This document shows, in pieces, positions 53,430 to 63,387 of a DNA stretch of 64,000 bases (positions are counted from its first letter, which is position 1; the number at the start of each line of letters is the position of its first letter). Location: positions 3,296 to 67,295 of the forward strand of contig JABIVC010000013.1 in the NCBI GenBank assembly GCA_018667355.1. The letters run 5' to 3'. The DNA comes from Gammaproteobacteria bacterium (GTDB taxonomy: Bacteria; Pseudomonadota; Gammaproteobacteria; GCA-002705445; GCA-002716945). The position numbers and the translations under genes are program-made. The notes beneath the pieces are model-generated. The model did not search any database. It was not told the DNA's origin and was given only the letters and a program-made list of their open reading frames with translations.

Positions 53430-54718
53430 AACAAGTATTTCATATTTTCTGGATTTTTATTGCTTTGTTTAGCACATATGGCATGTCACATCCTAATATA
53501 GAAGCTGTGAAAACAAATACAAACTATTTACTAATCCAGGAAAGCTCATTACCAATAGTTGATATAGAGATATCTATTAATAGTGGCAGTAAAGATGATG
53601 GTAGTCTCAAAGGAATAACAAATTACTCTATTGAGCTCCTTCACCAACAAAAAATTAATGAAGAGAAAATTATTCATTCTTTTGAAAAGATTGGCGCATC
53701 ATATAGCTCATCTGTGAATCGTGACTCAAGTTCTTTATCGATTAGATTTATAAAGAATAGTTATAATATAGATTTTGTTTCAAATAAATTAAATGAAATA
53801 TTAAAAGCTGATAATTTAGATGTTGAATCTCTAGAGTATACTAGAGAAGTAATCATTAATGATATAATTTCTAGAGATTTAAGCCCAGCATCGATCATTG
53901 CATACAAGGCAGATGAAGAGTTTTTTACTGGCACTGGATATTCCCATCCTGTTTCTGGTTATAAGAATATTATTGAAGATATAGATATTGCTGATATTCA
54001 AAAACACCTCAAAAATATAATTAATATAAATAATATTAAAATAAGTATAGTCGGAGATATTAATGAAAATGAAGCAGCAAGTTTTATTTCAAGGTCTTTA
54101 TATAATATACCAGTTCATAAAAAAAATATTTCCACTATAAATAAACTAAATTATAAAGGGAACGGTATGTTAAATAATATTAGTCATGATAGTAATCAGA
54201 CTCATATATCAATATATATCCCTTCAATAACAAGAAAACATAAGAATTATTATAATATGTTAGTCGCTAATTATATTTTTGGGGGAAGTGGTTTTGGCTC
54301 AATGCTCATGCAGGAAATTAGAGAAAAAAATGGACTTGCTTATTCCGTATATAGTTACTTATTACCTTATAATGATATCGGTATCCTTAAGATTGGGATG
54401 CAAACAGAAACAAAAAATACTAAGAAAGCACTAAATATATTAAAGAATGAAATAAATAAATTAGAAATATTTGATATTAGTAATCAAACTATTCAAAAAG
54501 CAAAAACTGGATTATTAAAAAGTTTTGAATCCAGATTAGATACTAATAAAAAAATGCTCAGAAATTTGTCTGCTATAAATTACTATGATATGCATGATGA
54601 TTATTTTGAAAATTATATCAAAGGCATTAATTCTGTAACAAAAGAAAGCATAATATCTTCTCTTAAATCTGACCTGGACTTTGATAAAATATTAGTTACT
54701 ACAGTTGGTAATAATTAA
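53426..54718 (+). CDS. M16-family peptidase, non-catalytic partner subunit (no HxxEH)
   Basis: Same fold pattern. Signal peptide. Lacks the zinc motif. Overlaps the upstream partner by 4 nt. 430 aa. Confidence 0.7.
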   Translation: MKQVFHIFWIFIALFSTYGMSHPNIEAVKTNTNYLLIQESSLPIVDIEISINSGSKDDGSLKGITNYSIELLHQQKINEEKIIHSFEKIGASYSSSVNRDSSSLSIRFIKNSYNIDFVSNKLNEILKADNLDVESLEYTREVIINDIISRDLSPASIIAYKADEEFFTGTGYSHPVSGYKNIIEDIDIADIQKHLKNIININNIKISIVGDINENEAASFISRSLYNIPVHKKNISTINKLNYKGNGMLNNISHDSNQTHISIYIPSITRKHKNYYNMLVANYIFGGSGFGSMLMQEIREKNGLAYSVYSYLLPYNDIGILKIGMQTETKNTKKALNILKNEINKLEIFDISNQTIQKAKTGLLKSFESRLDTNKKMLRNLSAINYYDMHDDYFENYIKGINSVTKESIISSLKSDLDFDKILVTTVGNN

Positions 54719-55291
54719 TTGGCAAACAAAAAGATCAGAATTACTGCTGGGCACTTAAAATCCAGATATCTTTCATTCGATGGCAATGATTCGCTAAAGC
54801 CTACAAAATCGTATATCAGAGAGACTATATTCAATGTAGTCAACATACATAAAAATATGACCAGTTTAGACTTGTTTTCTGGGAGCGGAATCTTATCTGC
54901 AGAAGCTATATCTAGAGGTATCAAAAAATCTATATTAGTTGAAAATGACAAGAAATCTTATAAGAGAATAAAACAGGAATTTTCGTTATTAGGCATAGAT
55001 AATTATGAGATTTTTGGAATAGATGCTTTACAATATCTAAGAAATAATGATGAATCAAAGTATGATTTAATTTTTTTAGACCCTCCGTATAGTAGTGACT
55101 TGTTAGAAAAATGCATTATCACCTTAGATGAATTAAGTTATTTAAGTAAAAATACATACATATACTATGAACAGAGGAAAAAAGATTATAATCAAAAGCT
55201 TGTGTCTATAATAACTAAGACACATAATGTATTAAAAGATTTGAATATTGGTGATGTAAGTTATACGATAGCTAAAATTAAGGAAAACTGA
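54719..55291 (+). CDS. rsmD: 16S rRNA (guanine966-N2)-methyltransferase
   Basis: DLFSGSG. DPPY. 190 aa. TTG start. Conserved rsmD-coaD pair. Confidence 0.8.
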   Translation: MANKKIRITAGHLKSRYLSFDGNDSLKPTKSYIRETIFNVVNIHKNMTSLDLFSGSGILSAEAISRGIKKSILVENDKKSYKRIKQEFSLLGIDNYEIFGIDALQYLRNNDESKYDLIFLDPPYSSDLLEKCIITLDELSYLSKNTYIYYEQRKKDYNQKLVSIITKTHNVLKDLNIGDVSYTIAKIKEN

Positions 55292-55770
55292 TGGAAAAAA
55301 TAGCAGTATATCCAGGGACTTTTGACCCAATAACTAACGGTCATACAGATTTAGCCAAAAGAGGCTGTAAAGTCTTTGATAAAATAATCATCGCTGTTGC
55401 AGAGAATCCTCAAAAGAAAACATTATTTTCTGTTATCGAGAGAATAGATTTTATAAAAAATATTTTCTCTGAAGAAAAAAAAATTGAAGTATATCCATTG
55501 AATAAACTTTTGGTGCAGTTTGCAAAAGATTATTCTGCTACAGTGATACTAAGAGGTCTTAGAGCTGTTTCTGATTTTGAATACGAAGTCCAGTTAGCCA
55601 GCATGAATAGGTCAATGGAACCTAGTATTGAGAGTGTGTTTATGAGTCCTGCTGAAGAATTTGGATTTTTATCCTCAAGCATTATTAAAGATATTGCTAG
55701 ACATAATGGTAAATTAGAGAAGTTTGTCCACAAGGATGTATTAAAAGCACTTCGTAAAAAGTATTCTTGA
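55291..55770 (+). CDS. coaD: Phosphopantetheine adenylyltransferase
   Basis: AVYPGTFDPITNGH. 159 aa. Confidence 0.95.
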   Translation: MEKIAVYPGTFDPITNGHTDLAKRGCKVFDKIIIAVAENPQKKTLFSVIERIDFIKNIFSEEKKIEVYPLNKLLVQFAKDYSATVILRGLRAVSDFEYEVQLASMNRSMEPSIESVFMSPAEEFGFLSSSIIKDIARHNGKLEKFVHKDVLKALRKKYS

Positions 55771-56580
55771 CTATTTTTGGCATATGCTGCAGTAAAAAGA
55801 TGATCTTCCCGAGAGTTTAATATTTTTTACCATTGTCCCACATTTACAAATATCACAACCATAAATCATAAGTTTTTGTTTAAAATACCCCGGAGTACCA
55901 TCTAAGGTTTTAAAATCTTTTAAAGTTGTACCTCCAGATTTAATAGACTTTTTCAATACAAATTTGATAGATTTAGCTAACTCATCGCATTGTTTAAGAG
56001 TGACATATTTGCACTTCCTATGAGGTCTAATAGATGACAAAAATAGTGCTTCGCAAGCATAAATGTTCCCGACCCCAACTACAATATTTTGATTCATAAT
56101 TAAGTTTTTAATCGCAGTATTTCTATTTCTGCACTTATTTTTTAGATATTCACCATCAAATTCTTGTGACAGTGGTTCAGGTCCAAGGTTCTTAATCAAG
56201 AAATGATCTTTAAGATTTTTTACCCAATGGATAGATCCAAATTTTCTAACATCGTTGTATCTTAAGATTGTTTTATCTTTCAAATGGATTTCATAATGAT
56301 CATGTTTCCCAATACTGTTTAAGTCCATCTGACCTATAAATTTTATAATACCCGTCATCCCTAAATGTATAATCAAGTACCCATCATCTAATCTTAAGAT
56401 GATATGTTTGCCTCTTCTGTAAATATTTTGTATATTTTTATTTTTTACTACATCAGGAATATTTTTATTTATATCCCATCTTAACTTGCTATTCATAATA
56501 ATAAACTTACCAATTGTCATGGATTTAAGAGATTTATTAATAGCATTAACTACTGTTTCTACTTCAGGTAATTCAGGCAT
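55771..56580 (-). CDS. mutM: Formamidopyrimidine-DNA glycosylase
   Basis: N-terminal MPELPEVETV (catalytic Pro2/Glu3). C-terminal zinc finger CDICKCG..CSICQK. 269 aa. Confidence 0.95.
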   Translation of the reverse strand: MPELPEVETVVNAINKSLKSMTIGKFIIMNSKLRWDINKNIPDVVKNKNIQNIYRRGKHIILRLDDGYLIIHLGMTGIIKFIGQMDLNSIGKHDHYEIHLKDKTILRYNDVRKFGSIHWVKNLKDHFLIKNLGPEPLSQEFDGEYLKNKCRNRNTAIKNLIMNQNIVVGVGNIYACEALFLSSIRPHRKCKYVTLKQCDELAKSIKFVLKKSIKSGGTTLKDFKTLDGTPGYFKQKLMIYGCDICKCGTMVKNIKLSGRSSFYCSICQK

Positions 56581-56595
56581 TATAATAGGTATTTA

Positions 56596-57834
56596 TTGGA
56601 CATAATTTTAAATGTATCATATGATGAATCTAATCTTAAATATATAAAAATGATAGACATAATAATTAATGGAATAGTAGAGTTTACATGGATTGGCTAT
56701 GTAATTTATACACTTATAGTAACCCACATAACTATTGTGGCAATAACACTCTATCTTCATAGGGGAGTATGTCATTCTGCCATTGAAATTAAGCCTGCTT
56801 TAGGACATTTCTTTAGATTTTGGCTATGGCTAACAACTTCAATGAGAACAGCTGACTGGGTGGCTATACACCGCAAGCATCATGCAAAAGTTGAGACAAT
56901 CGATGATCCGCATAGCCCTGCATTTTATGGCATTAAGAATGTACTATTACGTGGTGCTGACTTATATCATGATGAAAAAAATAATGCTGAAACTATATCG
57001 AAATATTCTCAAAATTGCCCTAAAGATTGGGTAGAAGAACATGTTTATACGGGAAGAAATAATCAAGGTATATTAATTTTATTTATAGGTAATATTTTAT
57101 TATTTGGAGTTGTTGGTATTATAATTTGGGCTATTCAAATGGCCTGGACTCCTATATTTGCAGCCGGTGGCATAAATGGGGCAGGACACTATTGGGGATA
57201 TAGGAACTATGATACTAGCGATGATTCTACTAATATGGCTCCAGTAGGAATTTTGATAGGTGGAGAAGAATTACATAACAATCATCATGCGTTTCCAACA
57301 GCTGCTAAGTTTTCATTAAAACCGTGGGAATTTGATATTGGGTGGTTATATATTAAAATATTTTCAGCCATAGGTCAGATAAATGTAAAAAGGTTGGCAC
57401 CTAAAACAGTAGTTAATGATCCGAGTGAGACCCTTGATTCTGAGACAGGTTATGCATTATTGAGATCAAAGTTAACAGTTATTACAAATTATACAAAGAC
57501 TGTTTTGAGCCCATTATTAAAACAAGAATCTATGCAAGCAAGTAATGAATTCAAAACTCTTCTAAAACGTTCTAAACCGTCTTTGGTAAGAGAGCCTCAC
57601 AGGATATCTAACCAGGAAATAGTAACTTTGGATGAGATATTTAAAAAATCTGTTGCTTTAAAAACTGCTTACAATTTAAAGAATAAACTTTTTGATATTT
57701 TACATTCAAGAAACTTAAAACATGAAAGTTTTATTGAGACTATAAATGCCTGGAGAGATGAAGCTCAAAATGAAGGTATCGATTGTTTAATTGATTTTTC
57801 CAATAGCTTGAAAGGTTATAAAGTAATCAAGTAG
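56596..57834 (+). CDS. Membrane acyl-CoA/acyl-lipid Delta9-type fatty-acid desaturase with a ~150-aa soluble C-terminal extension
   Basis: Histidine boxes HRKHH, WGYRNYDT and HNNHHAFP. 4 TM helices. 412 aa. Confidence 0.7.
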   Translation: MDIILNVSYDESNLKYIKMIDIIINGIVEFTWIGYVIYTLIVTHITIVAITLYLHRGVCHSAIEIKPALGHFFRFWLWLTTSMRTADWVAIHRKHHAKVETIDDPHSPAFYGIKNVLLRGADLYHDEKNNAETISKYSQNCPKDWVEEHVYTGRNNQGILILFIGNILLFGVVGIIIWAIQMAWTPIFAAGGINGAGHYWGYRNYDTSDDSTNMAPVGILIGGEELHNNHHAFPTAAKFSLKPWEFDIGWLYIKIFSAIGQINVKRLAPKTVVNDPSETLDSETGYALLRSKLTVITNYTKTVLSPLLKQESMQASNEFKTLLKRSKPSLVREPHRISNQEIVTLDEIFKKSVALKTAYNLKNKLFDILHSRNLKHESFIETINAWRDEAQNEGIDCLIDFSNSLKGYKVIK

Positions 57835-57835
57835 A

Positions 57836-57991
57836 CTATTTAATCTTCCCTTCTTTATACATTACATATTTTCTAATAGTTGGATCAAATTTTTTGATTT
57901 CTAGCTTATCAGGCATAGTCTTTTTATTCTTCGTAGTAGTATAAAAATGACCTGTTCCAGCTGATGAATTTAATCTTATTTTTTCTCTCAT
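57836..57991 (-). CDS. rpmG: 50S ribosomal protein L33 (not in the supplied ORF track)
   Basis: Reverse-strand translation gives [51 protein letters not shown] (51 aa). It aligns with E. coli L33 ([55 protein letters not shown]). It lies 4 nt downstream of the rpmB stop. Confidence 0.9.
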   Translation of the reverse strand: MREKIRLNSSAGTGHFYTTTKNKKTMPDKLEIKKFDPTIRKYVMYKEGKIK

Positions 57992-57995
57992 GGTC

Positions 57996-58220
57996 TTATG
58001 TAATATCGTATTTTTCTAGAGCCTTATCGAGACCATATTTATCTATGATTCTGAGACCTTTAGATGATAGTTTTAGCTTAATCCACTTATTTTGTGCTTC
58101 AGACCAAAGTCTGTGCATATGAAGATTAGGTTCAAATGTTCTTCTTGTTCTATTCTTGGCATGCGAGACATTATTTCCCGACATAACCGCTTTTTTTGTA
58201 ATCTGACAAATTTTAGACAC
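57996..58220 (-). CDS. rpmB: 50S ribosomal protein L28
   Basis: [34 protein letters not shown] aligns with E. coli L28. 74 aa. Confidence 0.9.
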   Translation of the reverse strand: MSKICQITKKAVMSGNNVSHAKNRTRRTFEPNLHMHRLWSEAQNKWIKLKLSSKGLRIIDKYGLDKALEKYDIT

Positions 58221-58299
58221 TTTAATTCTCCAAACTCAATAATGATATCAGAAACGTATTCATATACAATATATATATAAAAAAATAACACAGGAAAAG

Positions 58300-58662
58300 A
58301 TGATGGATATAGTGTTTATAAAGGAATTATGCATAGAAACTGTAATTGGTATTTATGATTGGGAGAGAAAAATTAAACAAGTTGTCTGTATCGATTTAGA
58401 GCTTGGAACAGAGATAAAGCAGGCTTCTGAGTCTGAAAACATAGAATATACTGTTGATTATAAAGCTGTAGCTAAGAAAACCAAGGCTTTAATTCAAGAA
58501 AGCGAGTTCTTCTTAATAGAAACATTAGCTGAAGAAACAATTAAAATGATATTTAGAGATTTCAATATTACACATGTTAAAGGAAGGTTCAGTAAACTGG
58601 GTGCCGTAACAGGTTCAAAAGAGGTCGGAGTAATCATTGAAAGGAATAGAGATGACTCATAA
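58300..58662 (+). CDS. folB: Dihydroneopterin aldolase
   Basis: MDIVFIKELCIETVIGIYDWERKIKQ. 120 aa. Confidence 0.8.
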   Translation: MMDIVFIKELCIETVIGIYDWERKIKQVVCIDLELGTEIKQASESENIEYTVDYKAVAKKTKALIQESEFFLIETLAEETIKMIFRDFNITHVKGRFSKLGAVTGSKEVGVIIERNRDDS

Positions 58663-59143
58663 AGTCTATATCGGCATTGGCAGCAATCTTAATAAAGAAA
58701 CTAATATTAAATCATGCATAGATGAACTAAGAAAGTCTTATGGAGCAATTATACTTTCGCCTATATATGAGACATCGTCCATGGGCTTTAATGGGCCTAA
58801 TTTTTACAATCTTGTTTGTTCATTCACAACAAAACTAGAAATATACGATTTAAAGTCTCACTTAAACTCTATCGAAAATGATCATGGAAGACACTTTAAT
58901 GAAACTAAATTCAGCTCTAGAACTTTGGATATTGACATCTTATATTATGATAATCTTATCATTTCTAATAATAAGATTAAAATACCCAGAAAAGAGATAA
59001 TCGAGTATGATTTTGTATTAACCCCATTAATAGATATAGCTCCTGATTTAATACATCCAGAATTAAAAATATCGCATTCTGAAATAATGAAAAAACACGA
59101 TATTGAAAAGCAAATAATTTCAAGAATTAATCTTGATTTATAA
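58637..59143 (+). CDS. folK: 2-amino-4-hydroxy-6-hydroxymethyldihydropteridine pyrophosphokinase
   Basis: VYIGIGSNL. HPK fold. 168 aa. Overlaps folB. Confidence 0.8.
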   Translation: MKGIEMTHKVYIGIGSNLNKETNIKSCIDELRKSYGAIILSPIYETSSMGFNGPNFYNLVCSFTTKLEIYDLKSHLNSIENDHGRHFNETKFSSRTLDIDILYYDNLIISNNKIKIPRKEIIEYDFVLTPLIDIAPDLIHPELKISHSEIMKKHDIEKQIISRINLDL

Positions 59144-59145
59144 CT

Positions 59146-59580
59146 ATGAATTTTTTAGCACAGTGCGTAATTTCTTATTTAGGTTTAATACCCTATTTTT
59201 ATTTGTTAATAGATTTATTTTTTATAGAAGCACTAAGCCCGGAAATCATATATGATATCATGCTGTATAATACCTTGATAATAATTACATTTATTGGTGC
59301 TATTAATTGGGACTTTAAGAATAATTATGTCATCTACACTATCTATGGATTTATACCTAGTTTAGTTGCATTTTTCATTATGGTCTTGAATGTATTGGGC
59401 TATGAGCAAGATGTCCTGTTTTTAGCAGTCGTATCTTTCTTGCTATTCCAATTATTTATTGATTATTTTAGTTATTTGAATAATAAAATTAGTTTTTCTA
59501 TAATTTACTATATAAGGATACCAGTAACATTAGTCCTTAGTAGCTTACTAATTATACCAATATTATTTAGCCACCCATAA
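59146..59580 (+). CDS. Hypothetical integral membrane protein (4 TM helices)
   Basis: 144 aa, entirely hydrophobic helices. No recognisable motif. Confidence 0.35.
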   Translation: MNFLAQCVISYLGLIPYFYLLIDLFFIEALSPEIIYDIMLYNTLIIITFIGAINWDFKNNYVIYTIYGFIPSLVAFFIMVLNVLGYEQDVLFLAVVSFLLFQLFIDYFSYLNNKISFSIIYYIRIPVTLVLSSLLIIPILFSHP

Positions 59581-59582
59581 TA

Positions 59583-60323
59583 TTACATATTTAGTTTTCT
59601 GCCACCATCTATGTTGATATTCTGTCCAGTAACATAACCAGCATCTTGTATTAGAAACAGTATTGCTTTGGCAATATCATTCGGTTCACCTGAACGTCTT
59701 AGAGCAATCCGTGAGAGTATTTCTTTCTTTTTTTTTGTGTTACTAATATCTGCTTCAGGCCACATTATAGCACCTGGAGATACACCATTTACTCTAACAT
59801 TAGGAGCCAAATCTTTAGCAAGTGTTTTAGTTAAGGCTAATAAGCCCGCCTTACTAATATTGTAAATGATATGATCCTTCAAAGGAGGATCTATATGTAT
59901 ATCTATTATATTTATTATGGAACCCTTTCTTTTTTTTAGCTCTGGATAGAATTCCTTAGATAAAAATAATGGAACTTTTAGATTAGTATCAATTATATCA
60001 AACCATGATTTTTCAGTTATATTAGCTATTTTAGTTGGGTAAAACTTAGAAGCATTATTTATTAAAACATCAACCCTCCCAAAAATTTTAATAGCCTTCT
60101 TGTAAATGAGTGAGCATATTTTTTTTGAGGTAAAACTTGCTTTAATAGTAGCAAATGAATTTGGCCTTAACTTATTTAGACGTTTTGATAGAGATTTAGC
60201 CTCAAGGCCAGACTTATTATAAGTAATAATTATATTATAACCTGATGCATGAAGATACTTAGCAGCAGCCATGCCAATCCTTCTTGCTCCACCAGTAATA
60301 AAAACTGTTCTAGTTATAGCCAT
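59583..60323 (-). CDS. SDR-family oxidoreductase, FolM/pteridine-reductase-like
   Basis: TGGARRIGMAAAKYL (TGxxxxIG). YNISKAGL (YxxxK). 246 aa. Adjacent to folB-folK. Confidence 0.5.
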   Translation of the reverse strand: MAITRTVFITGGARRIGMAAAKYLHASGYNIIITYNKSGLEAKSLSKRLNKLRPNSFATIKASFTSKKICSLIYKKAIKIFGRVDVLINNASKFYPTKIANITEKSWFDIIDTNLKVPLFLSKEFYPELKKRKGSIINIIDIHIDPPLKDHIIYNISKAGLLALTKTLAKDLAPNVRVNGVSPGAIMWPEADISNTKKKKEILSRIALRRSGEPNDIAKAILFLIQDAGYVTGQNINIDGGRKLNM

Positions 60324-60380
60324 AGATATATATTAAGGGTAAATTAAAAAATGTACACTATAATTAAGAATATATAAGTT

Positions 60381-61511
60381 ATGAAATCATTAATAGAGTC
60401 ATATTTAACAGATAAAATTAATAAAGAGAGTGAAATACTTTTCTCTGAGTTTATGGATATATCTCTATATCATAAAAATTATGGCTACTATATAAGTAAA
60501 AAGCAAATATTTGGTAAAAAAGGTGACTTTGTAACTTCTCCTATAAATTCAACTTTATTTGGGGAATCTATTTCTAATGAGTTCATTAATCTCAAATCAA
60601 ACACTAACGAAGATCTCATCATTATAGAACTGGGAGGTGGAGACGCGAGTCTAGCGATAAATCTTTTAAAAAACTTAAAAAAAAATAAATGCTTACCTAA
60701 TAAATATGTACTACTAGAGATATCTACTAACTTAATTAAATTACAAAAAAATAATATTAAAAATGCTATCCCTGATTTATATAACTTGTTCGAATGGAAA
60801 AATTCTTTAGAAAACTTTTCAATGAATGGCTTGGTAATAGCCAATGAGTTCTTTGATGCTTTACCTACAGAGAGGTTCAAAATTGTGAATGACAACATTG
60901 AATGTTTATATATTGGAATGAATAATGATAAGTATAAATATATTTGGAAAAGCGCATCACCTAAACTAATAAATGAGTTATGTCTAGCAAAGAATGGTCA
61001 TGAAATATTTTTTGAAAACAATTATATAAGTGAAGTTAATCTAAATTATATGAAATGGATGGAATCTCTAGATAAAGTTTTAAAATCTGGTGTAATATTT
61101 TCAATAGATTATGGATATAATAGTAAAGAGTATTTTTTGAGAGATAGAAATGAAGGAACTTTAGTTTGCGCGCATAAACATCAGTCAAACTTTAACCCAA
61201 TGACTAATATAGGCGAACAAGATTTATCATCTTTTGTAAACTTTTCACACCTAAGTAATATTTGCTCAAGATTGGATATAAACGTTGATGGTTATCTTAC
61301 GCAATCTAATTTTTTAATAAATTTAGGTATTTTAGATTTATTTCAAAGTAAGAAATTGTCCGATATGGAAAAGTTAGATGAATTAAACAGATTGAAAAAT
61401 ATTCTTTTGCCAAATACAATGGGTGAAATATTTAAAGTTCTAGTAATGAAAAAAAATGTAAATATCCCGCTCTTATCTACCAAAGAATTTAATCACATAC
61501 ATAAGCTTTAA
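60381..61511 (+). CDS. MidA/NDUFAF7-family SAM-dependent methyltransferase (DUF185, COG1565)
   Basis: FMDISLYHKNYGYYISKKQIFGKKGDFVTSP matches the conserved family N-terminus. ELGGGDASLA SAM motif. 376 aa. Confidence 0.6.
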   Translation: MKSLIESYLTDKINKESEILFSEFMDISLYHKNYGYYISKKQIFGKKGDFVTSPINSTLFGESISNEFINLKSNTNEDLIIIELGGGDASLAINLLKNLKKNKCLPNKYVLLEISTNLIKLQKNNIKNAIPDLYNLFEWKNSLENFSMNGLVIANEFFDALPTERFKIVNDNIECLYIGMNNDKYKYIWKSASPKLINELCLAKNGHEIFFENNYISEVNLNYMKWMESLDKVLKSGVIFSIDYGYNSKEYFLRDRNEGTLVCAHKHQSNFNPMTNIGEQDLSSFVNFSHLSNICSRLDINVDGYLTQSNFLINLGILDLFQSKKLSDMEKLDELNRLKNILLPNTMGEIFKVLVMKKNVNIPLLSTKEFNHIHKL

Positions 61512-61512
61512 T

Positions 61513-62283
61513 ATGGAATTTATACATATATTAATATTATCAGCGATACAAGGTATAACAGAATTCTTACCTATATCGAGTCAATCTCATTTAATACTCA
61601 CAACCTATATATTGGGTTTAAATGATCAGGGGGTAGGATTTGATATTGCGCTTCACACAGGGTCTTTGATTGCTATCCTAATCTATTACAGAAATGAGGT
61701 TAATAAAATATTATCACTAACCAATGAGGGTCTAGATTATCTTAAGTTAATATTAATTGGCTCTATACCGCTACCAATTATAGGCTTGTTATTTATTGAT
61801 ATAGTCTCTGCAAATATGCGCTCTGTTGACTCTATTGCTTTGATGACTTTATTATTTGCAGTTATTTTATATTTTGCTGATTATAAGCAAAAAAAAGAAC
61901 TAACCAATCTAACTAATATTAGTATTTTTACCATTATCTTTATTGGCTTAATGCAGACATTAGCTATAATGCCAGGCGTTTCAAGATCAGGTATTGTCAT
62001 TACAGCAGCATTATTAGTAAACTTTAGCAGAGAGGATTCTATTAAGATTGCTTTTTTATTGTCTATGCCCGCTATTTTTATGGCAACTGTATATCAATCT
62101 ATGCAGTTATATGAAATCAGAAATATTGAAATTTTAAATGAACATTTATTAGGAATGTTTTTATCTTTCATCTTTTCATACATTACTATCCATCTATTTA
62201 TATCGACGATAAATAAAATATCTTTTACTCCATATATTATTTATAGATTAATATTAGGTATAGCTTTAATCGGATTTATTTAA
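61513..62283 (+). CDS. uppP: Undecaprenyl-diphosphatase
   Basis: [24 protein letters not shown]. 8 TM helices. 256 aa. Confidence 0.9.
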   Translation: MEFIHILILSAIQGITEFLPISSQSHLILTTYILGLNDQGVGFDIALHTGSLIAILIYYRNEVNKILSLTNEGLDYLKLILIGSIPLPIIGLLFIDIVSANMRSVDSIALMTLLFAVILYFADYKQKKELTNLTNISIFTIIFIGLMQTLAIMPGVSRSGIVITAALLVNFSREDSIKIAFLLSMPAIFMATVYQSMQLYEIRNIEILNEHLLGMFLSFIFSYITIHLFISTINKISFTPYIIYRLILGIALIGFI

Positions 62284-63387
62284 GAAATATCTTATCGCAT
62301 CTTGTGCAATTTCTATATGTGCATTTTCAATAATTTTTTTAATTTCAAGACCAGGCTTTTTTTGGTTTTCATCACTTAGTTTAAAGTTGTTTATATTTTT
62401 AATTAAATTATCAAAAAAAATCTTATGTATTTTCATATCAGGTGTTCTATCTGCATCCTGATATGCACATCGCATAAACGAGTTTAATCTGTCTTTTTTA
62501 CGAATATCTATTTTTTTTATGATAGATAAAAGCGAATCATACTCCTCAATGCAATTTGGTAGATATCCAACATATTCTTCATAACAGTTTGATAATAATA
62601 ATGCTAAGCTTTTGTATTCATTTGGCACTTTTAGATTTTGACAAAAAGATTCAATTAATTCAGGATTTCTTATCCAGTTACATAACGCAACTGAGATACG
62701 TTCAATTTTGGTCGCATCTTCAGGGCACATTGGTGAATTAGGCGAACTATGAGGTTCATCTTGAATTTCAGGAAATAATCTATCTCTAGCATTATGAGTA
62801 ATTAAAAAATTGAAGAAAAATCCTAAGTCCTTTTCAGCTGCCTTGTATATTTCAAGCCACTTTCTCTCTGGCGTTAGATGTTCTAGTTCTCCGCTTTCAA
62901 CAATTTCTTTTATTTTAGCAACTGTTGCTGGAACAACCACAAAATCTCCAGAAAATTTTGCATAAAATCTTGCGACTCTTAAAACCCTTAAAGGATCTTC
63001 AGAGAATGCATCAGAGACATGTCTTAATTTTTTATTTTTTATATCATCTTGCCCATTGAATGGATCAATGAGGTTTCCATCCTCATCTTGTGCTATTGCA
63101 TTGATAGTTAAATCTCTTCTAGACAAGTCCTCTTCAAGTGTAACATTGGGGTTAGTATCAAACTCAAATCCTGCATAACCATGACCTGATTTCCTCTCAG
63201 TTCTTGCAAGAGCATATTCTTCACCTGTTTTAGGATTTATGAATACCGGAAAGTCTTTGCCTACTTGTTTGAATTTTTTTGCACGCATTTCTTCAGGTGT
63301 TGATCCAACAACAACCCAATCACGATCTTTTACTGGTATGTTTAACAATTGATCTCTGATAGCACCGCCAACCAAATAAATTTTCAT
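62266..63387 (-). CDS. cca: Multifunctional CCA tRNA nucleotidyltransferase (head domain plus HD domain)
   Basis: [37 protein letters not shown]. 373 aa. Confidence 0.85.
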   Translation of the reverse strand: MKIYLVGGAIRDQLLNIPVKDRDWVVVGSTPEEMRAKKFKQVGKDFPVFINPKTGEEYALARTERKSGHGYAGFEFDTNPNVTLEEDLSRRDLTINAIAQDEDGNLIDPFNGQDDIKNKKLRHVSDAFSEDPLRVLRVARFYAKFSGDFVVVPATVAKIKEIVESGELEHLTPERKWLEIYKAAEKDLGFFFNFLITHNARDRLFPEIQDEPHSSPNSPMCPEDATKIERISVALCNWIRNPELIESFCQNLKVPNEYKSLALLLSNCYEEYVGYLPNCIEEYDSLLSIIKKIDIRKKDRLNSFMRCAYQDADRTPDMKIHKIFFDNLIKNINNFKLSDENQKKPGLEIKKIIENAHIEIAQDAIRYFLNKSD

